Source of the DNA: Myxococcota bacterium
GTDB lineage: Bacteria; Myxococcota_A; UBA9160; SZUA-336
Assembly: GCA_965247115.1 (NCBI GenBank)
Contig: CBDFGR010000002.1
Span: forward strand, 992,001-1,056,000
DNA length: 64,000 nt
Direction: 5' to 3'
The translations under genes and the position numbers were made by a program. Shown here piece by piece: positions 50,178-61,847 of this stretch. Within the stretch, counting starts at the first letter, position 1. Every line of letters starts with the position of its first letter. The notes below the pieces were generated by a model, which was not told the DNA's origin, made no database searches, and saw only the letters and a program-made list of their open reading frames with translations.

Positions 50178-50854
50178 TAAGGCGGACGGAAGTAGCGGAT
50201 GGGCCAGCGGCGGCGGCGGGCCTTGCGGTAGAGGAGCGGGTCGGGGTTCACGACGACGGGATGGCCGACGAGGTCCAGGAGCGGCACGTCGGTGATCGAG
50301 TCCGTGTAGAAGTAGCTGCGCGCCAGGTCGACCTGCTCACTTTCGATCAGCTGCTGCAGCCAGTAGATCTTCCCCTCGCCGAAGCAGATGGGCTGGACGA
50401 CCCGGCCTGTAAAGACACCGTCCTTCACCTCCAGGTGCGTGTACAGGCTGTGCTCCACGCCGAGGTGCTCGGCCAGCGGCTGCGTCACGAGCCTCGTCGC
50501 GCCGGACACCAGAGCCACGACGTGACCCTCCTTGCGGTGGTGCTCGATCAACTCCAAGGACTCGGCGTAGATCGTCGGCAGGATGAACTCGCCGAAGAGC
50601 TGCTCGGACTCTCGCTCCATCGCCGCGACGCTACGACCCTTGAAGCGGATCATGGCGTTTGCGGTCCAGCGCTCGAGGTCGAGCAGGTTGAACCGGTAGC
50701 GAAAATAGGAGCCGAGGTTACTGACGACGTCTTTCCAGTCCACCTCGCCGCGGAGGTAGAGCGCCTTCAGGTAGAGGGTCGCGGAGTTTTCAGCGAGGAT
50801 CGTCTTGTCGACGTCGAAGAACGCTCCGATCCTCTTGGCCCCCCCCATGGTCAC
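50177..50854 (-). CDS. HAD-IB family hydrolase
   Basis: 'FFDVDKT', 'VSG', 'GEGK', 'YTDSITD'. Confidence 0.9.
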   Translation of the reverse strand: MTMGGAKRIGAFFDVDKTILAENSATLYLKALYLRGEVDWKDVVSNLGSYFRYRFNLLDLERWTANAMIRFKGRSVAAMERESEQLFGEFILPTIYAESLELIEHHRKEGHVVALVSGATRLVTQPLAEHLGVEHSLYTHLEVKDGVFTGRVVQPICFGEGKIYWLQQLIESEQVDLARSYFYTDSITDVPLLDLVGHPVVVNPDPLLYRKARRRRWPIRYFRPP

Positions 50855-50870
50855 ACTCGGGATTGTAGGC

Positions 50871-51977
50871 TCAGAAGACGTACCGGCGCATGGAGACGTT
50901 CATCGCGAGACCGATCGCGATCATGCACGTCAGCAGAGACGAGCCACCGTAGGACAGGAGAGGAAGTGGGATTCCGACGACCGGGGAGAGGCTCAAGACC
51001 ATCGCCACGTTGATCGCGCTGGGCCAGAAAAGGAGCGCTGCAACACCGAAGGCCAGGTAGGCACCGAACTGGTCTTTGGACGCGTGGGCGATCATCAGGA
51101 TGCGAATCATCATGCCGAGATAGACCAGCAGCACGAAGAACGCGCCCAGGAACCCCCACTCCTCGCCAAGCACGGAGAAGACGAAGTCCGTCTGCTGCTC
51201 CGGCAGAAAATCGAGCTGGCTCTGCGGACCCTGCAGGAAGCCGCGGCCGAAGAGTCCGCCGGAGCCCACCGCGATCTGACTCTGGATGGAGTGATACGCC
51301 GCTCCCAACGGGTCCCGCTCCGGATCGAGGAACGCGAGCACCCGTTCCTTCTGGTAGTCGCGGAGCACGAAGAACCAGCCCGCTGCGGCCACCGCGATGG
51401 CACCGACTCCGAGCGAGGGAACGAGCCGCGCCCGAACCGGGGAGATCAGCAAGTAGGTGGCCGACATGAGCAGGAGCAGCATGGCGGTCCCGAGGTCGGG
51501 CTGGCGCAGGACGAGGATCGTCGGAAGCGCGACGAGGGCGAGCGGACCGAGCAGATCGACGAAGCCGATCTCGCGGTTCGAAGGGTGGCGTTGCAGGGCG
51601 CGCGCAAACAGGAGCAGCATCGCGACCTTGGTGATCTCGGACGGTTGGGCGCGCAGCCCACCGACGACGAGCCAGCGCTGCGTCCCGTGAATGAGCGGTC
51701 CGGAGAGCAGCACAGCGACCAGCGCGGCGATGCAGACCACGTAGGCCGGAATCGCGAGGCGCTCGAGGATACGGTAGTCCGGGACCAGAGAGGCCATGAG
51801 CAGGCACAGCCCGACCCCGAGCCAGAGCAGCTGACGCCAGGCGGTGGGTGGGATGGTCGCCTCGGACCCGGGAGCGGCGGAGATCAGGTTGACCACACCG
51901 ATCACGCCCAGGAGCAGTGCCATGCCGAACAGCGGCCACTCGAAGTGCTGGATCAGCCTGCGGTCAATTCCCGGCAT
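50871..51977 (-). CDS. rodA: rod shape-determining protein RodA
   Basis: 'QRWL', 'QPSE', 'QPDLGT', 'AVGSGG', 'LPEQQTDF', 'SYGGSS'. Confidence 0.96.
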   Translation of the reverse strand: MPGIDRRLIQHFEWPLFGMALLLGVIGVVNLISAAPGSEATIPPTAWRQLLWLGVGLCLLMASLVPDYRILERLAIPAYVVCIAALVAVLLSGPLIHGTQRWLVVGGLRAQPSEITKVAMLLLFARALQRHPSNREIGFVDLLGPLALVALPTILVLRQPDLGTAMLLLLMSATYLLISPVRARLVPSLGVGAIAVAAAGWFFVLRDYQKERVLAFLDPERDPLGAAYHSIQSQIAVGSGGLFGRGFLQGPQSQLDFLPEQQTDFVFSVLGEEWGFLGAFFVLLVYLGMMIRILMIAHASKDQFGAYLAFGVAALLFWPSAINVAMVLSLSPVVGIPLPLLSYGGSSLLTCMIAIGLAMNVSMRRYVF

Positions 51978-53820
51978 GCAGCTGTCTCTCACCCTCCAGG
52001 AACTCGACCACCACCTCGCGCGCGATCGGGGCGGCTGTGGTGCCACCATGGCCGCCGTGCTCGACCAGCACAGCAACGACGATGCGCGGATTCTCGATCG
52101 GCGCGTAGGTGACGAACCAGGCGTGGTCGCGATACTCCTCGGGAATCTCTTCCTCGTCGGGAGGCGGATCCTCGGCCTGTGCGACCACCTGCGCGGTCCC
52201 CGTCTTGGCTGCAGCCTCCACCCCACCGGGAAGACGGCGCATGACGCCGCCGGTGCCCTTGGGATCCTGCACGACCCCACGCAGGGCGTTCCGTACGAAG
52301 TCCAACGACGGCTTCGAGATCGCCAACTCGCCCAGAGGCACGGGGTCCCGCTCCTCGATCAGGTTGCCCTGCGAGTCCTCGATGCGCTTCACGACGAATG
52401 GCTGGTAGCGGCTTCCTCCCTGCGCGACGGTCGCGTACGTGCTCGCAAGCTGGATCGGCGTCCAGAGATTGAAGCCCTGGCCGATCGCGAGCGAGACGGT
52501 CTCGCCCAGGACCCAGGGCTCCCCGAAGCGTCGCTCCTTCCATGCCGCGGTCGGGACGAGACCCGCCTCCTCGCCGCGCAAGTCGATTCCCGTGGGTGCG
52601 CCGAGCCCGAGCGCACGGGCGTAATAGCCCAGGCGCTCCACTCCGAGGAGCTGACTCAGGGTGTAGAAGTAGACGTCGCAGGACTCGACGATGGCCCGAT
52701 GGAGATCGACCTGGCCGTGCCCCTCGCGGCGCCAGCAGCGATAGCGGCGGCGCCCGAGCCGGTAGGAGCCTGCGCAGTGTACGGTCGTGTCCGGTGTTAC
52801 GACTCCCGCCTCCAGCCCGGCCAGCGCCGAGACGATCTTGTAGGTCGAGCCCGGCGAGTACTGACCCTGGAGGGCGCGATTGTGAAGCGGCGTTTTTGGA
52901 TTGGCGGTCAGCCGCTCCCAGGTGGGCCGGTCGATCCCGACCGCGAAGGCGTTCGGGTCGAACGCCGGTAGGCTCGCAAGCACCAGGATCTCTCCGTTTC
53001 TGGGATCCAGCGCAACGACCGCCCCGGGCTGCCCCGTACGGGCCAGGGCGGACTCCGCAGCCTGCTGCAGACGGTAGTCGAGAGTCAGAACCACATTGCG
53101 GCCGGCCTGCGCCTCGATCGCGTCGAGTCGCTCGAGCTCGCGCCCGTGCGCATCGACCAGCACGTTTCTGCCCCCCGTGCGCCCTCGCAGCTCGCGATCC
53201 CGCAGCCGCTCCACACCCTCGCGTCCGATCACGTCTCCCACGCGGTACCCCTGGAACTGCCGGTCTGCGAGCTCTTCCTTGTCGATCTCGCCGAGCCAGC
53301 CCAGTACGTGCGCAGCGCTCGATCCATAGGGGTAGGAGCGAACGGGCGTGGCCTCCGTGAGAACGCCCTCGAGGGCCCAGAGTCGGGACTCGACGCGGGC
53401 GATGCTCCGCCACGAGAGATCGTGCGCCACCGGGAGCGCCGCGAAGCGCTCGCGTCCCCGCGGACGGCCGAGCGCCTCGAGCAGCGGCTCGGGACGCGAG
53501 TCGATCAGGCCCGCGATACGACGCAGCGTTGTTGGGAGATCTCCCGCCTCGTGGGGTACCACGAGCACGTCGAAGCTGGGACGCGAGTCCACCAGGATGC
53601 TGCGCGACCTGTCGAGAATCATGCCCCGCGGTGCCATCACACGGTGGGTACGCACGCTGTTGCGCTCCGCCGAGACGCGATAGCGATCGCCTTCCAGCAC
53701 CTGCAAGTAGAACAGCCGCGCGATGAGAATGAGCCAGACGACCGCGATCACGAACACGGCCGAGGTCAGCCGAGTCTCCACGAAGTGATCGACCGGACCA
53801 GATCCGGGGAGCTGGGTCAC
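51964..53820 (-). CDS. mrdA: penicillin-binding protein 2
   Basis: STYK (SxxK), SCD (SxD), KTG motifs; mre operon context. Confidence 0.96.
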   Translation of the reverse strand: MTQLPGSGPVDHFVETRLTSAVFVIAVVWLILIARLFYLQVLEGDRYRVSAERNSVRTHRVMAPRGMILDRSRSILVDSRPSFDVLVVPHEAGDLPTTLRRIAGLIDSRPEPLLEALGRPRGRERFAALPVAHDLSWRSIARVESRLWALEGVLTEATPVRSYPYGSSAAHVLGWLGEIDKEELADRQFQGYRVGDVIGREGVERLRDRELRGRTGGRNVLVDAHGRELERLDAIEAQAGRNVVLTLDYRLQQAAESALARTGQPGAVVALDPRNGEILVLASLPAFDPNAFAVGIDRPTWERLTANPKTPLHNRALQGQYSPGSTYKIVSALAGLEAGVVTPDTTVHCAGSYRLGRRRYRCWRREGHGQVDLHRAIVESCDVYFYTLSQLLGVERLGYYARALGLGAPTGIDLRGEEAGLVPTAAWKERRFGEPWVLGETVSLAIGQGFNLWTPIQLASTYATVAQGGSRYQPFVVKRIEDSQGNLIEERDPVPLGELAISKPSLDFVRNALRGVVQDPKGTGGVMRRLPGGVEAAAKTGTAQVVAQAEDPPPDEEEIPEEYRDHAWFVTYAPIENPRIVVAVLVEHGGHGGTTAAPIAREVVVEFLEGERQLHAGN

Positions 53821-54347
53821 AGGCGGCGTTCGATCACGCCGAGTCCAGCGGGTCGGCCTACCGGCTCGGTGGCGACATCGAGATGCAGGAAGAGCAGCAG
53901 CAGCGGGGCAGACACGATCGCCATCATCACTAGCTGTCCAGGCAGGCGGCCCAGGACCGTGCCCCAGCCAAGCGCGCTCTCGGGCATGAAGACGTGCAGC
54001 GCGAGCCCCATCAGCAGCGCGTCGACAATGGCGTAGCCCACGACGTAGGCGACCCAGGGTCCAGCGGCCCGCAGGTAGAGCGCTCGGTCTAGAACGCGGG
54101 TTGCCACACAGGCCGTCCCGCGGAGCAGTGCAAACAGCCCCGGTGGTGAGCCGGATAGAACGTCGACTGCGAACCCGAGAGCAAAGGCCAGGAACAGCCC
54201 GAGGGTTCCGGGGGAGCGCAGGCCCAGCGCCAGGGCGAACACGAGTACGAGATCGGGGCGAATCGCGCTCGGCAGCACGGATGCAAGCAGTACCTGCAAC
54301 AGAACCAGCCCGAGGCCCACGCCCGCCAGCTTGCCCAGTGCGGTCAC
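53817..54347 (-). CDS. mreD: rod shape-determining protein MreD
   Basis: Hydrophobic, 'PDL', 'G..VD.LSG'; between mreC and mrdA. Confidence 0.85.
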   Translation of the reverse strand: MTALGKLAGVGLGLVLLQVLLASVLPSAIRPDLVLVFALALGLRSPGTLGLFLAFALGFAVDVLSGSPPGLFALLRGTACVATRVLDRALYLRAAGPWVAYVVGYAIVDALLMGLALHVFMPESALGWGTVLGRLPGQLVMMAIVSAPLLLLFLHLDVATEPVGRPAGLGVIERRL

Positions 54348-55228
54348 TGCGCCCCCTCCTCCGATCCCCAGAGCTCGCTCTCCTCCGCGCTGAAGGTCTC
54401 GGCCGCCGGCAGCTCGCGCTGCTCGAGAATCACGAAGACCTCCTCGAGCTTGCGGAAGTCGACGGCCGGCGCCACGCGGACTGTCTGGAACAGGCCGTAG
54501 GGCTTACGCTCGACGCTCGCCACCGTACCCACGACGAGCCCCTTGGGGTAGACGCCGCCAAGGCCAGAGGTGAGTAGCTGGTCGCCCTCCTGCACGTCAT
54601 CCTCGCGCAGCACGTAGTCGAACTCACAGCGCTCTTCGGACCTGCCGCGAACTGTGCCCCGCGCCCGCGAACGTTGCACGTAGGCATCCACGCGGCTCTG
54701 GAGATCGATCACCAGCAGCACCTTGGCGGCCCCCGGCGTGGTGCCGGCGACAACGCCCACGACGCCGGAGCCGGTGATGACGGGCATGCCGGCGCGCACC
54801 CCAGACGCAGCGCCCTGGTCGATCACGACGGACTGGAACCAGCGCGACAGGTCCTGGGCAATCACGTTCGCGGGCACCATGGGAGCCTCGCGCCGCTCCT
54901 GAAACTCCGCCAGGCTCTCGAAGCGCTCGCTCGCCACGATTGCTTCGCGAAAGCGGAGATTCTCCTCCTCCAAGTGGCTGACCGTGTTGCGGAGTGTGTC
55001 GTTCTCCTCACGCACGCCCAGGACCGCCACATACTCATCCCAGACCCCTCGCGCCTCTCGCACGGGCAGCGTGACCATCTCCGCCAGCGGCAGGGTGAGT
55101 CGGAGCAGCAGATAGGAGCCCAGGCCGAGATCTACGGGCCCCTTGCGCGAGGCCAGGCTGATGACGCACAGCGCCAGGAGCAGCAGGTAGGTGAGGGGGT
55201 ATCGGAAGCGATTCAGCAGATCGCTCAC
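54344..55228 (-). CDS. mreC: rod shape-determining protein MreC
   Basis: TM, coiled coil, 'TSGLGGVYPKGL.VG'. Confidence 0.93.
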   Translation of the reverse strand: MSDLLNRFRYPLTYLLLLALCVISLASRKGPVDLGLGSYLLLRLTLPLAEMVTLPVREARGVWDEYVAVLGVREENDTLRNTVSHLEEENLRFREAIVASERFESLAEFQERREAPMVPANVIAQDLSRWFQSVVIDQGAASGVRAGMPVITGSGVVGVVAGTTPGAAKVLLVIDLQSRVDAYVQRSRARGTVRGRSEERCEFDYVLREDDVQEGDQLLTSGLGGVYPKGLVVGTVASVERKPYGLFQTVRVAPAVDFRKLEEVFVILEQRELPAAETFSAEESELWGSEEGAQ

Positions 55229-55247
55229 TGGAGAGTGCTTCCCTCAG

Positions 55248-56321
<1,074 letters not shown>

Positions 56322-56505
56322 TCATCACGGTCGTAGAGAAAGCCGGGGCCAAAGGCGGCCCCGTCTAGCCGATTCTACGGACGCCGAATCTTCCACGCAA
56401 GACAGAAAAATCCTGACGAGAGAGGCCTGGCTTGCATCTTGGAGGCGCTGCCCCTAGCTTGGCTCCCCCGTCTCGATCCCTCCTGGAAGTGCTCGCGAGG
56501 ATGTC

Positions 56506-57963
56506 ATGAGCCGCGGCTTCAAGTGGATACGAAACGGCGCCTTGTTCCTCGTCATCGCCGCGTTCGTGTTCCTCTACGGACCTGGCGCGGGAAACGTGGG
56601 ACAGGGCGTGGTAGCCGAGGTCGACGGCGTGCCCATCAGCCGCGACGTGTTCGAGATCTGGCGCGAGAGCATTTCGCGGGGCATCCCCGAAGTGGAGGGC
56701 TTGGACCCCACCCAGCAGCGCGATCTGATCGACGCACGCGCCGTGAACTCGCTCGTTCAGCGCTTCATCCTGGCTAACGAGGCGGAGAGGCTGGGCCTCC
56801 AGGTGCCGAACGCGGCCCTCCGCCACATAAATCAGCGCAATCCACGCTACCACCTCGAGGGCCGCTACGACCCGGAACTCGTCGAGCTGGCGGCAGCACA
56901 GCAGGGCTACTCCATCCGGCAGTATCTGGAGGAGATCCGGATGGACCTGCTTGTGCAGGATTTTCAACGCTTCGTGACCTCCCCCGTACGCGTATCTGAC
57001 GCGCAGGTACGCGCCAACATCGTGGAGGCGGAGACCACCGTGCGCCTGCGCTTTGCTGTCGCGGAGGCGGAGAGCTTCCGCGAGGGCCTGGAGCTCGCTC
57101 CAGAGGACGTGAAGGAGTTCCTCGACACGCACCCCGAGGAGATCCAGGCAGAGTACGAGAGCCGCGACGAGTTTGATCAACCGGAGCAGGTTGTCGCCCG
57201 TCACATTCTATTCACGGGCCCGGACGCCCTGGAGCAAGCAGGCGCGGCGCGAGCGCGGCTCGACGCCGGCGAGGGCTTTGCCGACCTGGCCCTCGAGCTC
57301 TCCCAGGATGAGGCGACCCGCGAGCGGGCGGGGCTGCTCGGCCCATTCCCACGCGGCCGCATGCTGCCAGCGTTCGAGGAGGCCGCCTTCGCACTGGAGG
57401 TGGGCGAGATCTCCGACCCGGTCGAGACGGAGCGCGGCGCTCACCTGATTCTGGTCGAGGCTCAAAGGCCGGCAATTTCGAGCAGCCTCGAGGACGCGGG
57501 GCCGCAGCTCGCGCATGAGCTCTTGCTGGAGGAGCGGGCAGCCGAGACCGCGCGAGCGGCAGGCGAAGACCTGCTCGCCACGCTCGCGCTTGGCGAGCCC
57601 TTCGTCGCTGCGGCCGAGGCGAGTGGACTCCGGATCGGGACTACGTCGCTCTTCCGGCTGAGCGAGCGGGCGGTACCCGAGCTCCGGGACGTCGAGGGGA
57701 TTCTGGCGGCGGCCTACGCGCTCAGCGAGCCGAACGCGTTCGCGCCCCGCGTTTTCGAAGGCGGCGACTCCTTCTACGTGATCTCGCTGCTCGAGCGCGA
57801 GGAGCCGTTAGGCGAGCTGGTCGAGGAGCAGCTACCTGTCGTGCGCGAGCAGCTGCTGGACCTGACCCGCAGAAACACGCTGCAGCTCTGGCTCGAGGCG
57901 CGCTACCGAGAGCTCGAAGGCAGCGGTGAGCTGCGCATCTACCCGCTCTACCCGTTGAACTGA
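56506..57963 (+). CDS. PpiD-like peptidylprolyl isomerase (SurA-N + parvulin)
   Basis: N-terminal TM, 'ARHIL', 'FADLA..LSQD', 'PAFEEAAF.L..GEISDPVET..G.H'. Confidence 0.88.
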   Translation: MSRGFKWIRNGALFLVIAAFVFLYGPGAGNVGQGVVAEVDGVPISRDVFEIWRESISRGIPEVEGLDPTQQRDLIDARAVNSLVQRFILANEAERLGLQVPNAALRHINQRNPRYHLEGRYDPELVELAAAQQGYSIRQYLEEIRMDLLVQDFQRFVTSPVRVSDAQVRANIVEAETTVRLRFAVAEAESFREGLELAPEDVKEFLDTHPEEIQAEYESRDEFDQPEQVVARHILFTGPDALEQAGAARARLDAGEGFADLALELSQDEATRERAGLLGPFPRGRMLPAFEEAAFALEVGEISDPVETERGAHLILVEAQRPAISSSLEDAGPQLAHELLLEERAAETARAAGEDLLATLALGEPFVAAAEASGLRIGTTSLFRLSERAVPELRDVEGILAAAYALSEPNAFAPRVFEGGDSFYVISLLEREEPLGELVEEQLPVVREQLLDLTRRNTLQLWLEARYRELEGSGELRIYPLYPLN

Positions 57964-58497
57964 ATGCGTCCGACTCTCGGCCCGCTCGCTCTCAGCGTGG
58001 GGCTCTCCATTCTCGGCGGAGGCCTGGGCTGCGCGCGCCTGCTCTACAACTTCGGGGAGGTCGAGCCCGCGCGCATCTATCGAGCGGCGCAGCCCTCGCC
58101 GCTGTTCCTACGCTGGCTCGTCAAGCACGAGCAGATCCGCACTCTCGTGAACCTGCGGGGCAAGACTCAGGGCTACGAGAGCGCGTTCGCCGCCCGCCAC
58201 GGGCTGCGCGTCCACAGCTTCAACCTCTCGTCCCGACGCGCGCCCTCAGATGCGGAGGTGCAGCGCTTCCTGGCCATCCTGGCCGATCCTGCGAACCACC
58301 CGATCCTGGTCCACTGCCGCAACGGCGCCGACCGGACCGGCTACATGCTCGGCATCTACCGTGTCCAGGTCTCCGGCTGGACCGCAGACCGTGCGGCCGC
58401 CGAAATGACCCGCTACTTCCAGCTCCGCGCCCACAACCCCATCCCCCGCCAGATCCTCCAAGAACACGCCCCCGAGACCCCGAGAAGTCAAGATTAA
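57964..58497 (+). CDS. Cys-dependent (tyrosine/dual-specificity) phosphatase family protein, probable lipoprotein
   Basis: 'IYRAAQP', 'VNLRG', P-loop HCRNGADRTG; 'GLGC' lipobox-like. Confidence 0.85.
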   Translation: MRPTLGPLALSVGLSILGGGLGCARLLYNFGEVEPARIYRAAQPSPLFLRWLVKHEQIRTLVNLRGKTQGYESAFAARHGLRVHSFNLSSRRAPSDAEVQRFLAILADPANHPILVHCRNGADRTGYMLGIYRVQVSGWTADRAAAEMTRYFQLRAHNPIPRQILQEHAPETPRSQD

Positions 58498-58667
58498 GGA
58501 CCGTCCCCAAGTTCAGACCCAGATCGGTAAGTTCTAATTAAGGACCGTCCCCAAGTTATGGGAGGCCGGCAACGTGCAAGCGCCGCGAACGCGGCGCGCG
58601 CAGCGAAGGCCGTAGGCCTGAGCGGAGGCGGGTGGCCGCGGACGCCCGCGGCCGGGTCCCGCAAGTC
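58485..58667 (-). repeat. two tandem B' modules (58485-58516, 58529-58557) + module A' (58575-58667)
   Basis: 'ttaaggaccgtccccaagtt' twice, then near-exact module A'. Confidence 0.9.
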
Positions 58668-60114
58668 AAGTCAGCTCTGTGAAGGCCTCCAGGAGGCGCT
58701 GCTTGGAGGAGTGGCGTAGCTTTTCGATGGCGCGGGCCTCGAGCTGGCGTACGCGCTCGCGGGAGAGACCGAGCTTCTCGCCGATCTCCTCTAGCGTGTG
58801 GTCCTGCTCGCCCTTCATGCCGAAGCGCCAGCGCAGGATGTTCCGCTCGCGTTCGTTGAGCTGTGCGATCGACTCCTCCGTCGCCTGCTCGAGTCTGAAC
58901 CGATCCAGCCCGTCCAGGGGCGAGAGCGTAGTCGGGTCCTTCACGAAGTCCTTCAGCACCTTGGAGTCCGTGCCCTTGACCTGGGTCTCGAGCGACACCG
59001 GCTCGCGGGTCATCTTCTGCAGGCGCTCTGTCTGCTCGACGGAGATCTTGAGCTCCTTGGCCAGCTCGGAGGTCTTCGGCTCGCGACCCAGACGCTTCGA
59101 GAGCGCGTTGAAGGTCCTGTAGTACTTGAGCAGCGTGTCGTGCATGTGGCTCGGGATGCGGATCGTCCTGGATTGATTCTGGATCGCGCGAATCAGGGCC
59201 TGGCGGATCCACCACAGCGCGTAGGTCGAGAACTTGTGCCCGCGTCTGTAGTCGAACTTCTCCACCGCACGGATCAGACCGAGGTTCCCCTCCTGGATCA
59301 GGTCCTGGAAGGCAATGCCCATGTTCCGGTAGTCCTTGGCGATCGCGATGACGAGCTTCAAGTTGTGCTGCACGAACTTGTTCTTGTGGTCCATCAGCCG
59401 GTCGTAAGCCATGTCGACGCCGTCCATCAGCTCGATGAACTCCATCGACCGCATCCCAACGGACAGCTCGACCTCGCGGATCTGCCGACGCAGCATGCGC
59501 AGGTCGCGCTCGCGCTCGACCTTTCCCTTGTCCGTTCGCGGCGCGCGCTTGGGCGCCTTCAGATCCTTGACCTGGCGCTCGTAGCTGACCATTGTGTCGC
59601 GCGCCGTGCGCAGCTTGCGCCGCACCCGCTCGAAGATCTGCATGGAGAGATCCGCCTGCTTCAGCGCGCGCTGAATACTGCTGGCGACCTTGTGGGACGT
59701 GTCCTTCGGCGACTTGTGGCCCGCCTCGTCGTCGTACTTGACGAGCTGCGCCTCGACCTTCGTGAGGGCCTTGTCGAGCCGCTCGCCGCGCTCCTCACCG
59801 TCGGGGGTGCCCGAGCCGTATGCCTCCGACATCTTCGCGGTCACGCGGTTCTCGGCCTGCAGGCCGCGCCAGATGTCGACAGCCTCGCGCCAGGTAAAGG
59901 GCACGGCCAGGATGCCGGCGCGCATATCGAAGGTGGCCGCCTCCATCTCCTTGGCGAGCATCACCTCCTCCTCCTTGGTGAGAGTCGGAATGCTCGCAAT
60001 GTCGTTGAAGTAGGAGAGCAGCGTGTTGCGATTGCGCGCCGCCTCCTCGTCCGGATCGACGTTGGAATGCTCAGGATCAACTACTTGTGAATCTGTCCAG
60101 CGTTTTGCGCTCAT
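58666..60114 (-). CDS. sigma70 family RpoD/SigA-like factor lacking region 1.1
   Basis: '[34 protein letters not shown]', 'RTIRIP', '[18 protein letters not shown]'. Confidence 0.92.
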   Translation of the reverse strand: MSAKRWTDSQVVDPEHSNVDPDEEAARNRNTLLSYFNDIASIPTLTKEEEVMLAKEMEAATFDMRAGILAVPFTWREAVDIWRGLQAENRVTAKMSEAYGSGTPDGEERGERLDKALTKVEAQLVKYDDEAGHKSPKDTSHKVASSIQRALKQADLSMQIFERVRRKLRTARDTMVSYERQVKDLKAPKRAPRTDKGKVERERDLRMLRRQIREVELSVGMRSMEFIELMDGVDMAYDRLMDHKNKFVQHNLKLVIAIAKDYRNMGIAFQDLIQEGNLGLIRAVEKFDYRRGHKFSTYALWWIRQALIRAIQNQSRTIRIPSHMHDTLLKYYRTFNALSKRLGREPKTSELAKELKISVEQTERLQKMTREPVSLETQVKGTDSKVLKDFVKDPTTLSPLDGLDRFRLEQATEESIAQLNERERNILRWRFGMKGEQDHTLEEIGEKLGLSRERVRQLEARAIEKLRHSSKQRLLEAFTELT

Positions 60115-60331
60115 TGGCCTCGGGTCCCTGTCCCCTCAGCGTCGGCGACGCCGAGGAAGTTGGTGCTTGCGCGCCCTCTCACTGCAGCTAGAGGTGCGGA
60201 GGCGTCGCCGGAACGACGCGCTGTGTCATGCTTGCAGTACAAAGAGAGCGCACCTCACTCGCTCCAGCCGGTAGCTGCTGGAGTGGGGGGGCGCTACTGG
60301 AATGAAATGGGTCGACTTCTTTTCGACCGCG

Positions 60332-60360
60332 ACGCTACGTGACTTTAGTTTTCTTGTCAA
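60332..60360 (-). promoter_or_regulatory. sigma70-type promoter upstream of the sigma factor gene
   Basis: Minus strand TTGACA-17 bp-TAGCGT in an AT-rich patch. Confidence 0.65.
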
Positions 60361-60428
60361 CAAAAAGATCGCCGCGGGAATCCTTCAGACATTCGGCCAC
60401 TTATACCGACGTTCCGGTCCCGGGCAAA

Positions 60429-60992
60429 TCAGATCTCGCGCGACTTCCGGATCAGCTGCATGAACTCCGAGCGGGTCTTCTCGTCGTAGCCAAACTCCCC
60501 CAGCATGGCGCTCGAGATGGAGTAGGAGTTCTGCTTCTGCACCCCCCGCATCATCATGCACAGGTGCTGGGCCTCGAGCACCACTGCGACGCCCTTGGGC
60601 TTGAGGGTCCGCTCGATCTCGGCGGCGATCTCGTTCGTGAGACGCTCCTGGACCTGAAGCCGTCGCGCAAACATGTCCACCAGGCGCGGCAGCTTCGACA
60701 GGCCCACGATCCGACCGTCGGGAACGTAGGCGATGTGGGCGCGGCCGAAGAAGGGCAGCAGGTGATGCTCGCACAAGCTGTAGAAGTCGATGTCCTTCAC
60801 GATGAGCATCTCGTTGTAGGTCTCGTCGAAGACCGCACCGTTCAGGATCTGTGTGGGGTCCTGCTGATAGCCCTGCGTGAGGAACTCGAGCGAGCGTGCG
60901 ACACGGCGGGGCGTGCTGGCGAGCCCGTGCCGAGACGGATCCTCACCGATCTTCTTGAGCAAGCTCTCAACGAGTCCTTCGAGATCGTTCAT
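60429..60992 (-). CDS. folE: GTP cyclohydrolase I
   Basis: 'SLCEHH', 'GLSK', 'LQVQERLT', 'HLCMMMRG'. Confidence 0.96.
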   Translation of the reverse strand: MNDLEGLVESLLKKIGEDPSRHGLASTPRRVARSLEFLTQGYQQDPTQILNGAVFDETYNEMLIVKDIDFYSLCEHHLLPFFGRAHIAYVPDGRIVGLSKLPRLVDMFARRLQVQERLTNEIAAEIERTLKPKGVAVVLEAQHLCMMMRGVQKQNSYSISSAMLGEFGYDEKTRSEFMQLIRKSREI

Positions 60993-61405
60993 GCGTCCTC
61001 CCGCCCGCCAGCATATTCGACCGAGTTCTTCGCTGTCTCCTCGAGGCGGATGCGGTGCAGAACTGCGGGGGCGATTTCTCCCTTGAGGGCGTCCCAGACA
61101 TAACGGGCAATGTTCTCCGCCGTCGGGACCACGTGTTCGAACTCGGGCACGTCGCGGTTCAGGAACTTGTGATCGAGGCTGAGCAGCACGCGCTCACGCA
61201 CCACGGCGTCGAGCCGTTCCAGCGGCAACAGCCGCCCCGCAGCGTCGACCTCGCCGCGGACGGTTACCTCGAGACCATAGTTGTGACCGTGCCCGCCGGG
61301 GTTCGCGCACTTGTCGTACACGGCGCGATTTCGCTCCTCCGACCAATCCGGCCGGGCGAGGACGTGCGCCGCGCTGAGGCGATACCGACGGGTGAGCGTG
61401 ATCAT
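60989..61405 (-). CDS. 6-pyruvoyl/6-carboxy-tetrahydropterin synthase family protein
   Basis: '[11 protein letters not shown]' (CX5HGH), 'LDH', 'PTAEN', 'EET'. Confidence 0.88.
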   Translation of the reverse strand: MITLTRRYRLSAAHVLARPDWSEERNRAVYDKCANPGGHGHNYGLEVTVRGEVDAAGRLLPLERLDAVVRERVLLSLDHKFLNRDVPEFEHVVPTAENIARYVWDALKGEIAPAVLHRIRLEETAKNSVEYAGGREDA

Positions 61406-61803
61406 CGCGTGACCTCCACAAAGAGGTCCCGCGTGGGGTGTAGCCGCACCCGGTGCAGCAGCTCTCCAGGCAGCGCCCCGTCCAGCAGCTCGAAGATCAA
61501 CCGCGCGAGATTCTCCGCGGTGGGAGGGGTGGAAACGAAGTACTCGGTGTCCGTGTTCAGATTGCGGTGGTCGAAGCGCGCCTCGATCTCGGCACTCATG
61601 ATCTGCTTCAGCTGCTTCAGATCGATCACCATCCCGGTCTCGGGATCCACATCGCCGCGGATCGTGACCTCCAGCTCATAGTTGTGGCCGTGACTGAGGC
61701 TGGAGGCGGCAGCACCGTAGACGGTGCGGTTCCGGGCCTCATCCCAGTCTGGGCGCCAGAGGGTGTGCGCCGCGGAAAAGTCCATTCGCCTCGTGAGTAG
61801 CAC
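61402..61803 (-). CDS. PTPS family paralogue lacking the catalytic Cys
   Basis: 'FSAAH', 'HGHNY', 'GMVID', 'FDH.NLN', 'PTAEN'. Confidence 0.85.
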   Translation of the reverse strand: MLLTRRMDFSAAHTLWRPDWDEARNRTVYGAAASSLSHGHNYELEVTIRGDVDPETGMVIDLKQLKQIMSAEIEARFDHRNLNTDTEYFVSTPPTAENLARLIFELLDGALPGELLHRVRLHPTRDLFVEVTR

Positions 61804-61847
61804 CTTCGATCCCTCCCGAGGCGTTCTACGCGGCTCTCCGGAGCCGC

